This document shows, piece after piece, positions 23,354 through 32,328 of a stretch of DNA of 38,010 nt (position 1 is the first letter of the stretch; every line of letters begins with the position of its first letter). Under the pieces are notes generated by a model. It worked only from the letters and a program-made list of their open reading frames with translations, had not been told where the DNA came from and made no database searches. The translations under genes and the position numbers were made by a program. The DNA lies in contig JAKZUG010000097.1 of NCBI GenBank assembly GCA_047516705.1, forward strand, positions 1 through 38,010, read 5' to 3'. This stretch comes from Candidatus Poribacteria bacterium (GTDB lineage: Bacteria > Poribacteria > WGA-4E > WGA-3G).

Positions 23354-23955
23354 AAACACAGATTCTCTCAAGGAGCCATGCTCCGGTAAGCATCATCGGT
23401 TTTCTGCTCCTCGTGACAACAACGCTACTTGGGTGTGGGGTTCTCTTTAATGTCAATCGCGTCATAGGACTCGAGCCTGTCATCCTCACACAGGATGATC
23501 TCCACATGATGGGACTAACGGAGAGTAACCGCATCCATATACGCCCAGATGATCTCCCCGTGATGCGAGGAACGTTGAGTAACCGCAGTGGATTCTCAAA
23601 GAAATCACCTGTTATCGTAGGATTCGAGCAGAGGGAGGTTGGAGGGACTGTTCAATATTGGTTATTTGACTCCGCGTCCACTGCCAAAAAAGCTGGGGCG
23701 GAAGGGTGGATATGGATCCCCTTTGCCGAGATGCCGAACTTTCACCCCGAGTTCGATCCCGATGATGTCATTGGGGATGCGACATGGCGCGACATCCGCA
23801 GGAACCGGAGCGAATGGGAAAATGGTCTTACTGGCCTCTGGTTCGTGAAATGCAATCTCCTTATCAGCGTCAGGACAGACGAGCACCTACAGGACGCCCG
23901 GGACGTTGCCCGAAAGATTGAAGCCAAAATTAACGCAGTATTGCTCAAAAAATGA
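23350..23955 (+). CDS. Hypothetical lipoprotein, paralogue 2 of the tandem pair
   Basis: Its ATG overlaps the upstream stop (ATGA at 23350-23353). The signal peptide plus lipobox is MKTQILSRSHAPVSIIGFLLLVTTTLLGC. I recognise no family. Confidence 0.7.
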   Translation: MKTQILSRSHAPVSIIGFLLLVTTTLLGCGVLFNVNRVIGLEPVILTQDDLHMMGLTESNRIHIRPDDLPVMRGTLSNRSGFSKKSPVIVGFEQREVGGTVQYWLFDSASTAKKAGAEGWIWIPFAEMPNFHPEFDPDDVIGDATWRDIRRNRSEWENGLTGLWFVKCNLLISVRTDEHLQDARDVARKIEAKINAVLLKK

Positions 23956-24206
23956 ACACGGAGTTCCGAAGAAACTTGGTCCGCTTGAAAAACGGTTCTA
24001 TCCGGACATCTGCTATCACACCACACATCCTTTCCTTTAGATCTTTAGACCCCGCCTACAAAACACTGAATCTATCTGCTTTCAAAGGTGCCTTGTATAG
24101 AGGTGATACACTTTTCGGGTTTACTGACCGGATTTCTCATGTCCGTTTTGCACCATATATCCCGTATTCTACAACCTTCCAAGCAATGCGGTAAATGCGT
24201 CTGAAT

Positions 24207-24436
24207 CAGAGGCATTCAGTTCTCCTTAATCTCGATTTTCCAGTGATAGACTCTTCGCTGTAGGAGCGATCTCCCCCTTTCCAGTAACTAGTGGGGACCC
24301 CTGTCGCGACTCCCAACTGACCGCTGACTGCTAATTGCTATTTTGTTGACAACCACTCCCCACAGAGCCATTCAGTCTCCTTTTTTTCTCCAGTTTTCAT
24401 CCCAGGCCCGGTAGGTGCGGTTTCCTAACCGCACCG
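24207..24436. repeat. Repeat cluster: an attcagttctcc-type element end (24207-24225), a type-2 REP whose loop carries a ~29-nt insertion (24258-24313), a second element end (24363-24380) and a short type-1 REP (24401-24436)
   Basis: Read directly: ctGTAGGAGCGATctcc[ccctttccagtaactagtggggacccctg]tcgcgact, and cccaggcccGGTAGGtgcggtt-tcct-aaccgcaccgg. Confidence 0.75.
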
Positions 24437-24509
24437 GATCGAGGAAAAAAGGTGTAAAACCCGAGAATTTCTTAAAACTAAATAGCCCTACACTCCGCAT
24501 TAAAACCCT

Positions 24510-24537
24510 TTCTCAAAAACACCGGATATGGTATAAT
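24510..24537 (+). promoter_or_regulatory. Candidate extended -10 promoter for the propeller operon (TTCTCA-N16-TGgTATAAT)
   Basis: TTCTCA at 24510-24515, TG at 24529-24530 and TATAAT at 24532-24537, about 165 nt upstream of the start at 24703. Confidence 0.4.
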
Positions 24538-24702
24538 AGTGTATCAGACAGTGTTGAAAACAAAACGATTCGGCGCGTCCAATACATTGTAAATGCAAGG
24601 AAATACCGTGTTTTCGCAGACGTACCGAGTTAAACATTAAGACCCTTTCATCGTCTTAAGAAATTGAAGATACACGTAAAATACGCAAGGAGGAACAAAA
24701 AT

Positions 24703-26022
24703 TTGCATTACCGAAAACCGATTTTTTATCGGCTATTCATCTGCATTATTCTGGTCGCCGCTCCCATGCACGCCATTGCTGAAGACTGGCCGACGTGGCG
24801 GGGACCGAATCAAGACGGCACTTCTGCCGAGACCGGGTTAATCTCAACTTGGTCGGTTGAAGGCGAAAACCTGATTTGGGAAGCAGAATTCATCGGACGC
24901 TCCACACCAATTGTTCTCAACGACAGAGTCTACGTCATCGGGCGTGTCGGCGAAGGCATCACCCAACAAGAACGTGTCGCCTGCTTTGACGCGAAAACTG
25001 GGGAGCTCTTGTGGAATCACGAATTTAACGTCTTTCATACCACGATCTCCTTCAACCGAGTCGGTTGGACGAGCCTCGCTGGTGACCCCGAAACAGGGAA
25101 TATCTATGCGCACGGTGTCCAAGGACTTTTCTTTTGCTTCGACAAAGATGGTAATATCCTTTGGTCCCGTTCACTCACAGAGGAGTACGGACGGATATCC
25201 GGTTACGGCGGACGCGTTCACACCCCTATTATTGCTGGTGACCTTGTCGTTGTCAGTTACCTCAATTCAGGATGGGGCGCGCAAGCCGCGACACGCCACC
25301 GCTACTTCGCTTTCGACAAACGTACCGGTGAATTGATTTGGGTCTCAACACCTGGCGGCAGACCGTTAGACACGACCTACTCCACGCCAGTTGTAGCCAA
25401 TATCAATGGACAGCAACTCATTATCGGTGGTAATGCTGATGGCAGCATCTACGCCATGAAACAGAATACCGGAGAGATGGTCTGGGGATTTATACTCAGT
25501 CAGCGCGGTCTTAATACCTCTGTCATTGTTGAAGGCACGAAGGTTTACGCATCGCATAGCGAAGAAAATATAGATACTACGACGATGGGACGGGTCGTCT
25601 GTATTGACGCAACCGGCACCGGAGATGTTTCCAAAACCCACGAACTCTGGCGATATGACGGGGTGAACGTAGGATACGCATCGCCTACGATTCACGCTGG
25701 GCACCTCTATGTTGTAGATAACTCTGCTAATGTACACGCTGTTAATGCTGACACCGGGGAACTACACTGGCAACACAGTATCGGCAAAGTTGGAAAGGGT
25801 TCACCAGTCTGGGCAGATGGTAAACTCTATGTTACCGAAGTCAACGGCATCTTCACTATCCTTGAACCCAGCAAGGATGGCTGTGAGTCACTGAGTGCTC
25901 AAGAGATAAGTCGAGCCGAGGAAGATCACTACGTCGAAATCTACGGTTCACCCGCTATTGCCGATGGACGCATCTATTTCACGACAGAAGAACGCCTCTA
26001 CTGTATCGGGGGGACAAAATAA
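24703..26022 (+). CDS. Secreted PQQ-like (BamB/PQQ_2-type) beta-propeller repeat protein 1
   Basis: The TTG at 24703 lies 9 nt after AGGAGG and gives the signal peptide (M)HYRKPIFYRLFICIILVAAPMHAIA. The alternative track start is a TTG at 24664. Motifs are DWPTWRGPNQDG plus repeated G.L.W propeller blades. Confidence 0.8.
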   Translation: MHYRKPIFYRLFICIILVAAPMHAIAEDWPTWRGPNQDGTSAETGLISTWSVEGENLIWEAEFIGRSTPIVLNDRVYVIGRVGEGITQQERVACFDAKTGELLWNHEFNVFHTTISFNRVGWTSLAGDPETGNIYAHGVQGLFFCFDKDGNILWSRSLTEEYGRISGYGGRVHTPIIAGDLVVVSYLNSGWGAQAATRHRYFAFDKRTGELIWVSTPGGRPLDTTYSTPVVANINGQQLIIGGNADGSIYAMKQNTGEMVWGFILSQRGLNTSVIVEGTKVYASHSEENIDTTTMGRVVCIDATGTGDVSKTHELWRYDGVNVGYASPTIHAGHLYVVDNSANVHAVNADTGELHWQHSIGKVGKGSPVWADGKLYVTEVNGIFTILEPSKDGCESLSAQEISRAEEDHYVEIYGSPAIADGRIYFTTEERLYCIGGTK

Positions 26023-26942
26023 TGAGAAATGCTATTCCAATTTACACTGTTCTAATTGTGTGCCTCCTTGTTGCCGGTTGTGCCAGCAAAGAGATGGCAC
26101 CAGAACCTGTTGAGATGAGTACAGCTCCCGCTGTTTCACTGTTGCTGACCCCCGCAGAAGCACTTACATCAGGCGATCCTGTTGCGTTCAGCATCATCGG
26201 ATTCGATGCAGACGGAAAACGGACGAGTGCGATCGATGCCGTGGAATGGATGAAAACCGGATTAACCGGTACGCTCCAAGACGGCACGTTCACACCTGAT
26301 GAAAGTGCCGGGGCGCATGCAGGCACAGTCAGCGTCCAATCGGGTGAGATGAAGGCGATGGCACGTCTCCGTGTTATTCCATCACTCCCGTGGACAGAGG
26401 ATTTTGAGGCAATTGAACTCGAAAAAACACCTTCCCACTGGATCGGTGCGACCGGCAAATTCTTTGTGCGCGAGAAAAACGGTAATAAGGTCTTAGTCAA
26501 ACCTCCTGCCAGAGTCGGTCTAGACCGATCTAATGTCTACCTCGGTCCCGCCACAATGGAGAACTATCAGATTCAAGTTGACCTGATGGGCACAAAAAAT
26601 AAACGCAGATTGCCAGACATGGGACTGATTGCTAACCGCTACACATTGGACATGCAGGGCAGACACCAACGCCTGCAAATCCGTTCGTGGGCATCTGATT
26701 TACGGATGGCAAAGACGATTGATTTCTCGTGGGATACGGATGTCTGGTACACCATGAAAATGATGGTAGAGGTGCTTGATGATAAAGCGGTGATTCGAGG
26801 AAAGGTATGGCGAGCCGGTGAAATGGAACCCGCAGAATGGACAATTACCGCCGAGGACCCGCTGCCGAATCGAGAGGGGAGCCCTGGTATCTACGGCTAC
26901 TCCGCAACCGAAATCTACTACGACAATCTAAAAGTATGGTAA
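26022..26942 (+). CDS. Lipoprotein with a C-terminal concanavalin/LamG-like jelly-roll (DUF1080-like impression)
   Basis: The ATG overlaps the upstream TAA by 1 nt. The lipobox is LLVAGC. The C-terminal part is WIGATGKFFVREKNGNKVLVK...YQIQVDLMG...WYTMKMMVE...GKVW...EPAEW. Confidence 0.65.
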   Translation: MRNAIPIYTVLIVCLLVAGCASKEMAPEPVEMSTAPAVSLLLTPAEALTSGDPVAFSIIGFDADGKRTSAIDAVEWMKTGLTGTLQDGTFTPDESAGAHAGTVSVQSGEMKAMARLRVIPSLPWTEDFEAIELEKTPSHWIGATGKFFVREKNGNKVLVKPPARVGLDRSNVYLGPATMENYQIQVDLMGTKNKRRLPDMGLIANRYTLDMQGRHQRLQIRSWASDLRMAKTIDFSWDTDVWYTMKMMVEVLDDKAVIRGKVWRAGEMEPAEWTITAEDPLPNREGSPGIYGYSATEIYYDNLKVW

Positions 26943-26992
26943 TCTTTTATATGAGCACTACACGTAATATCAATACATAAGGAGTCGTTCAA

Positions 26993-28447
26993 TTGAAACT
27001 CTTTTGGAAATCCGGATTTACTTACATCATAAAACTCGCCGTGCTTCTCGCTTTTGCTGTATCTACTGCATCGGCGGAAAAGGAGATCGCTTTGTGGGGC
27101 GGCACGTTGAGTCGTAATATGGTCTCCGACGAAATGAATGTCCCCGCAAGTTGGGATATCGAAACCGGTGAAAATATCAAATGGATTGCAGAACTCGGTT
27201 CACAAAGTTATGCAGGTCCCCTCATCATCGGCGGAAAGGTCTTTGTGGGTACTAACAACAAAGGACTTCGCAATCCAAAGTTAACCGGCGACCGTGGGGT
27301 CATTATGGCATTTCGAGAATCCGATGGCGAATTTCTCTGGCAATCAACCCACACAAAACTCACCTCAGGCAGAGTTAACGACTGGCCCCTCCAGGGAATC
27401 TGTTCCACTCCGTTTATTGAAGGTGATCGGCTCTACTATATCTCCAACCGTTGCGAAGTCGTCTGTATCGACACCGAAGCCTTTCTCGATGGTGAAAACG
27501 ACGGTCCCTTTACTGCAGAAACCGAAACAAGCGAGATTGACGCGGACATCATCTGGAGCTACGATATGATGGATGAGTTGGATGTCTTTCCGCATAATCT
27601 TGCTACCTGTTCACCACTGGTTGTCGGTGATCTCCTCATCTTGGAAACGAGTAACGGTGTTGATGAAGGACATATCCACGTCCCTTCACCGGATGCACCG
27701 TCTTTTATTGCTTTGAATAAAAACACCGGAGAACTCGTCTGGGAAGATGCTTCCCCCGGCGAAAATATACTGCACGGACAGTGGTCAAATCCCTCTTACG
27801 GCGTTATCAAAGGTGTACCCCAGGTTATCGTCCCTGGTGGTGACGGCTGGATCTATGCTTTTGAACCTGAGACCGGCAACATTATCTGGAAATTTGACTG
27901 CAACCCGAAAAATTCCGTTTGGGAACTCGGCGGACGTGGCACACGCAACAACATCATCTCGACACCTGTTGTTTATGACGATAAGGTTTTTGTTGCTGTT
28001 GGACAAGACCCAGAACACGGCGAAGGCGTAGGACACCTCTGGTGCATTGATGCCTCACAAACCGGTGATATTACCAAGACCGCTGTTATCTGGCACTTCG
28101 GCGGTGAAGAGTTCAACCGTACGATGTCCACCGTAGCTATCGATGACGGACTCCTCTATATCTCAGATTTGAGCGGATTCCTCTACTGTTTGGATGTGAA
28201 CACTGGCGACCTTTACTGGAAATATGACACCTTCGCTGCTATTTGGGGTTCTCCTTATGTTGTAGATGGCAAAGTTTACCTCGGCAACGACGATGGCAAT
28301 GTTGTTATCCTAAAGGCAGGCAAAACGGAGCAGAGGCTCTTTGAAACCAACATGGGTAGTGCTGTCTATACCACACCCGTGGCAAAAAATGGCGTGCTTT
28401 ACATCGTAACCCGTAATATGCTGATTGCGATAGAAGAGAAGAAATGA
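26993..28447 (+). CDS. Secreted PQQ-like beta-propeller repeat protein 2
   Basis: The TTG start lies 8 nt after aaggag. The signal peptide is MKLFWKSGFTYIIKLAVLLAFAVSTASA. Propeller blades repeat (GEFLWQ, GELVWE, GNIIWKF, GDLYWKY). Confidence 0.8.
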   Translation: MKLFWKSGFTYIIKLAVLLAFAVSTASAEKEIALWGGTLSRNMVSDEMNVPASWDIETGENIKWIAELGSQSYAGPLIIGGKVFVGTNNKGLRNPKLTGDRGVIMAFRESDGEFLWQSTHTKLTSGRVNDWPLQGICSTPFIEGDRLYYISNRCEVVCIDTEAFLDGENDGPFTAETETSEIDADIIWSYDMMDELDVFPHNLATCSPLVVGDLLILETSNGVDEGHIHVPSPDAPSFIALNKNTGELVWEDASPGENILHGQWSNPSYGVIKGVPQVIVPGGDGWIYAFEPETGNIIWKFDCNPKNSVWELGGRGTRNNIISTPVVYDDKVFVAVGQDPEHGEGVGHLWCIDASQTGDITKTAVIWHFGGEEFNRTMSTVAIDDGLLYISDLSGFLYCLDVNTGDLYWKYDTFAAIWGSPYVVDGKVYLGNDDGNVVILKAGKTEQRLFETNMGSAVYTTPVAKNGVLYIVTRNMLIAIEEKK

Positions 28448-29517
28448 ACCTTTCCCGAAAAATTGCTGAAAACCAAAAAGCACTTGATGCGCACGTCAGG
28501 GAAATCGTCAAATGGCACTTTAGCCCAAAGACGGGATGTCCCTTCTGGTTGGAATTCGCAGAAAATCTCGATTTTGACCCGAGAAAAGAAATCGGTGGTT
28601 ACGCGGATCTCAAGTGTATCGGGCATTTCCAAGACGAATGGCTCCGCGGTGGACCCGTCCGACGTTGGGTTCCCAAGGCTTACGCCGATGAACCGATTTA
28701 TGTCTTTGAAACCGGTGGTTCGACAGGCGTACCCAAGTCACGAATTAGCATTCGTGATTTCCATATTGATTATGAGATCTTCAGTAAGACGCTCTCCGAT
28801 GAGAGTTTCCCACCCGGTAGCGATTGGCTTATGTTGGGGCCAACAGGACCGCGGCGGTTACGACTCGCAGTTGAGCATCTCGCCCAACATCGCGGCGGCA
28901 TCTGTTTCCATGTCGATCTCGACCCACGTTGGGTGAATCAACTCGTGCGTTACGGGAAGAATGAAGAATTGGATACCTATAAGAACCACGTCATTTCACA
29001 GGCACTCAACGTGCTACGCGCCCATGAAAGCGTGCAATGTCTCTTCACGACACCGAAGTTGCTGGAGGCACTCTGTGAAAAAATATCCTTGTCAAAAGTC
29101 GGTATCAAAGGTATCTTCTGTGGAGGCACCGAGATGGATGCACAGTTCCACCGCTTCGCACGTGAAGAACTCGTTCCCGGCATCGATTTTATCCCAACTT
29201 ACGGCAATACCCTCATGGGGTTAGCCACTTGTAAACCCTTTGATCCGGTAGATAACTATGCTATTATCTATTATCCACCGCAACCGCGCGCTATCATTGA
29301 ACTGGTCAATCCTGATAATCCTGATGAAACTGTCGATTACGGCGAAACTGGACGCGTGATGCTCACAACTCTGACGAAAGAATTTTTCGTTCCCCGCTTT
29401 CTGGAACGTGACGAAGCCGAACGCGCCGAACCCATTCCAGAATACCCGTGGGACGGTGTTGAAAACCTCCGCCTACTCACAGAACTCCAAGAAAGCGTCG
29501 TTGTAGGGGTCTATTAG
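28444..29517 (+). CDS. Adenylate-forming enzyme of the PaaK / F390-synthetase / LuxE (acyl-protein synthetase) type
   Basis: ATGA start/stop overlap with the upstream gene. The P-loop-like motif is FETGGSTGVPK, with later motifs FCGGTEM and YGNTLMG. At 357 aa it matches LuxE/PaaK N-domain-type proteins rather than full ANL ligases. Confidence 0.55.
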   Translation: MNLSRKIAENQKALDAHVREIVKWHFSPKTGCPFWLEFAENLDFDPRKEIGGYADLKCIGHFQDEWLRGGPVRRWVPKAYADEPIYVFETGGSTGVPKSRISIRDFHIDYEIFSKTLSDESFPPGSDWLMLGPTGPRRLRLAVEHLAQHRGGICFHVDLDPRWVNQLVRYGKNEELDTYKNHVISQALNVLRAHESVQCLFTTPKLLEALCEKISLSKVGIKGIFCGGTEMDAQFHRFAREELVPGIDFIPTYGNTLMGLATCKPFDPVDNYAIIYYPPQPRAIIELVNPDNPDETVDYGETGRVMLTTLTKEFFVPRFLERDEAERAEPIPEYPWDGVENLRLLTELQESVVVGVY

Positions 29518-29518
29518 T

Positions 29519-29763
29519 CTGGTAGGTTCGGTTTGTAAACGGGGTCCGCACCTGTTAACCGCAGAGGGCACCGGATTTTACGCACAAATCTTGTATACCG
29601 CAAAACAGTTCTTGAGTCCCGTAGGGTTTATTTGCTTGGGTACTTTTCAGCATTTGTGTAGCAAACGTGACGACCAAAGACCGAAGCCCCGTAGGGGCGG
29701 CATGTTTATAGATGCGCGTGTGTCCGCCCATCTTTAGCCCTGTAAGGGCGGCATGTTTATAGT
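29519..29763. repeat. Composite REP array: a degenerate REP (29519-29574) and modules 29618-29665, 29685-29712 and 29735-29763
   Basis: It has the same order and linker (ccggattttaYgcacaaaYcttRtat...cttgag) as 21446-21684 and 4571-4837. It starts 2 nt after the stop codon at 29515-29517. Confidence 0.8.
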
Positions 29764-29846
29764 TTATCTGAGGTATTGATTGTAATCCTTATGGTTGTAA
29801 TTATGAACCACACTCAGATAGATAGGCACTATAGAGGAGTTTGAAT

Positions 29847-30548
29847 ATGATAACGAAAATTGAAAAAGTCTTCCGGTCACCCTATGCGGTACCTAACGGT
29901 TTGCAAGTCACAGACGACGGTTTATGGATCGTTGACCAGATTACTGACAGAGTTGCTTTAGTTGAAATTGTAGCAGACGCGGACTACACCGTTCCGAAAC
30001 TCATCCGCGACATTCCGAGCGAATCCTCCAACACCAGCGGTATGGCGTATGGTGGCGGCGCGCTCTGGTTAGCCGCAAACGGACCCGGAGAACGTTGGCG
30101 GTCCGTCCGAGACACAGATGCCAAACCTGGTACAGGCGAGATTTTCAAAGTGGATCCCGCTACTGGTGAGACCCTCGGACGCTATCCGATACCCGATGGC
30201 GGCGGCACACACGGTGTCGAATATGACAACTACGATGAAGGGCATCTGTGGGTCCAAACCCTTAAGAATCAAGTCACACATAAGGTCAGAATTTCGGACT
30301 GGTCTGTGCAAAAAACACTCCCTTTGCCTTATGGACGTGGACACGGTATGGTTCGCGTTGAAGATGGACTTTGGTCAACTCACACTTCTGATAGGGTTAT
30401 CGTCAAACTTGACCTTAAAGACGGCACACCGATTGATCGGATTGAGGTGCCTGAAGATTGCCCTGAACCCCACGGCTTATCCATCTACGGCGACGATTTC
30501 CTCTATTGCGATGCCGCCTCCGGGTGGGTAGCGAAGATTACGACATAG
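29847..30548 (+). CDS. Beta-propeller-like protein of unknown function (glutamine-cyclotransferase / SGL-like impression)
   Basis: The ATG at 29847 follows agaggag (the track start at 29841 is a TTG). Blade-like segments recur: PNGLQVTDDGLWIVDQ, GMAYGGGALWLA, HGVEYDN...LWV, HGMVRVEDGLWS and HGLSIYGDDFLYC. Confidence 0.5.
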   Translation: MITKIEKVFRSPYAVPNGLQVTDDGLWIVDQITDRVALVEIVADADYTVPKLIRDIPSESSNTSGMAYGGGALWLAANGPGERWRSVRDTDAKPGTGEIFKVDPATGETLGRYPIPDGGGTHGVEYDNYDEGHLWVQTLKNQVTHKVRISDWSVQKTLPLPYGRGHGMVRVEDGLWSTHTSDRVIVKLDLKDGTPIDRIEVPEDCPEPHGLSIYGDDFLYCDAASGWVAKITT

Positions 30549-30602
30549 TAGTAGGCACAAAGTAGTAGGCATACGCCGTTGTGCCGTAACCTAACAAAAA
30601 TC

Positions 30603-32027
30603 ATGATACACATCCCAATTTTACGCGCCGGGCGTTCTTACAGAAGTCTGAACACCGTCAGCGTGTCACATATCAAAACAAGTGAGCCTTTAGTTGAGGT
30701 GAGCCAAGCTAACCGCGGATTGATAGCGAAGGACCTTGTTGACATTGCCCTCCAAAAAGAGGTGCTTGGACAATGTTCTGTCGCCGAATTGATTTCTATA
30801 TGCAAAGAGGCAGCTCGCCTTTTCACAACGGCTACATTGCCACTGGACGGAACCGACCAATCCCCGACAGATTACATCCAACAGGTTTCTGGGACGACCG
30901 GCTTGCCTGAGGCACTCTGTCAACAGAATCTGGGCAAGATCCAAGGCGTCATGGAGAATATAGAGACGGTTTTAGACGGACTCACTCGCGGCTTAGATTT
31001 ACAACTCCTTGACACTGGGTGGGGTGTCCAAGATGGACGCACGTTGAGTTACGTCTGTGAAACAGATTCACTCGGTGCTATCCTGCCGAGCAATTCGCCG
31101 GGTGTGCATTCGCTGTGGGTGCCTGCTATTGCTTTGAAAGTCCCCGTTGTACTAAAACCTGGACGTGAAGAGCCATGGACCCCTTATCGAATAGCGCAAG
31201 CGTTTATCACAGCCGGTGCTCCCGCAGAGGCGTTCAGCTTCTATCCAACCGATTACAGTGGTGCCAATGAAATTCTAACCCGATGTGGACGCTCCATGCT
31301 TTTCGGTGGCGGTTCAACCGTCGCACCGTGGCTGAACACCCCCCGCGTCGAAATCCACGGACCCGGACGCAGCAAAATCATCATCCATGAAGGACAACAG
31401 AGCAACTGGGAACAGTACCTTGATCTCATCGTAGAATCGGTCACCATAAACGGAGGTAGATCTTGCATTAACGCCTCTGGCGTGTGGGTAACGGCACACG
31501 GACGTGAAATCGCTGAAGCGTTAGCAGAACGCTTGGCACGTATTGAACCGAAACCGCTGGATCATCCTGATGCAGGAATCGCAGCGTGGGCAAATCCGAA
31601 AGCCGCACACGGCATTTCATTGCTGATTGATCGGCACCTCAAAGATCCCGGCGCAACGGAATTGACAACCGGTGACCGGGTCGTTGAATTAGATGGCTGC
31701 ACCTTCCTCAGACCCACTGTGATTTGGTGTGAAGATGCGGAGCACCCATTAGCAAACACGGAATTCCCGTTCCCATTTGTGAGTGTCGTTGAAGTTTCAC
31801 CAACGGAGTTAGTCGAATCTATGGGGGCGACACTGGTTGCCACTGCGATTACAGAGGATGCAGCACTCACGCGAGGCCTCATAGCAACGCCCCTCATTGA
31901 CCGACTCAATTTAGGTGCAATCCCGACAAATCAAATTTCTTGGGATAGTCCGCATGAAGGGAACCTGTTCGAGCATCTCTACAGGCAGCGCGCATTTCAA
32001 CTTGGTTATAGTGAAGCCCGAAAATAA
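30603..32027 (+). CDS. LuxC-like acyl-CoA reductase / aldehyde dehydrogenase superfamily protein
   Basis: The segment ILPSNSPGVHSLWVPAIALKVPVVLKPGREEPWTP parallels the LuxC AGNVP...IIKTSS.DP segment. The catalytic-Cys context is NGGRSCINASGVWV. The C-terminus SPHEGNLFEHLYRQRAF parallels the LuxC GSHDG..PL..L tail. The start is uncertain (ATG at 30603 versus TTG at 30579). Confidence 0.6.
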   Translation: MIHIPILRAGRSYRSLNTVSVSHIKTSEPLVEVSQANRGLIAKDLVDIALQKEVLGQCSVAELISICKEAARLFTTATLPLDGTDQSPTDYIQQVSGTTGLPEALCQQNLGKIQGVMENIETVLDGLTRGLDLQLLDTGWGVQDGRTLSYVCETDSLGAILPSNSPGVHSLWVPAIALKVPVVLKPGREEPWTPYRIAQAFITAGAPAEAFSFYPTDYSGANEILTRCGRSMLFGGGSTVAPWLNTPRVEIHGPGRSKIIIHEGQQSNWEQYLDLIVESVTINGGRSCINASGVWVTAHGREIAEALAERLARIEPKPLDHPDAGIAAWANPKAAHGISLLIDRHLKDPGATELTTGDRVVELDGCTFLRPTVIWCEDAEHPLANTEFPFPFVSVVEVSPTELVESMGATLVATAITEDAALTRGLIATPLIDRLNLGAIPTNQISWDSPHEGNLFEHLYRQRAFQLGYSEARK

Positions 32028-32044
32028 ATGGACATTTCAGTAAC

Positions 32045-32138
32045 CTGTGGGAGGGGTTTCTAACCCCGATCTCCCTTGCCTCCGCTGGCGAGGTTTTGCG
32101 GCGTACGCGCCCAAATGCGATCTGCATTCCTAACCTCG
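32045..32138. repeat. Two REPs of the ctggcg/GTGGG subfamily: a short one (32045-32075) and a long-loop one (32083-32138)
   Basis: ctGTGGGaggggtt-tct-aacccc..., and cgctggcgaggtt[ttgcggcgtacgcgcccaaatgcgatctgcattcct]aacctcg. The loop is the same 35-nt sequence as at 21469-21503. Confidence 0.75.
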
Positions 32139-32156
32139 TCAACTCGAGTGTATAGT

Positions 32157-32290
32157 TATAGTAAAACCGAAAAATAAGTTGACACTTCTGGGAATAACAA
32201 CCCCTCCTTCGCTGGCGGGGTTTGTAACCCCGCCTATTCAGAATGTCCAAGTAATTATAGGCTTCACTATAATTGTAGGCTTTACTATAA
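32157..32290. mobile_element. Second copy of the ttatagtaaa/tttactataa MITE-like element, with a duplicated right end (32256-32272 and 32273-32290)
   Basis: Left TIR at 32157-32166 and right TIR at 32281-32290. Internally it has gttgacacttc and ctggcgggggtt-tgt-aaccccgcc (32212-32234). Confidence 0.7.
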
Positions 32291-32328
32291 TATCCTGAAG
32301 AGAATGGTTCTTTTTAAGGAATTTCACA

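Noticed and set aside
23952-24633. ORFs of 80 aa (23952-24194) and 72 aa (24415-24633) between the lipoprotein pair and the propeller operon
   Set aside because: Both run through REP/MITE sequence or the promoter region, lack an SD and have no recognisable motifs, so I treat them as non-coding.
30547-30571. A direct repeat agtagtaggca x2 containing GTAGG, just upstream of the LuxC-like gene
   Set aside because: It is too short (11 bp x 2) and lacks a following palindrome, so it cannot be distinguished from chance or a decayed REP.
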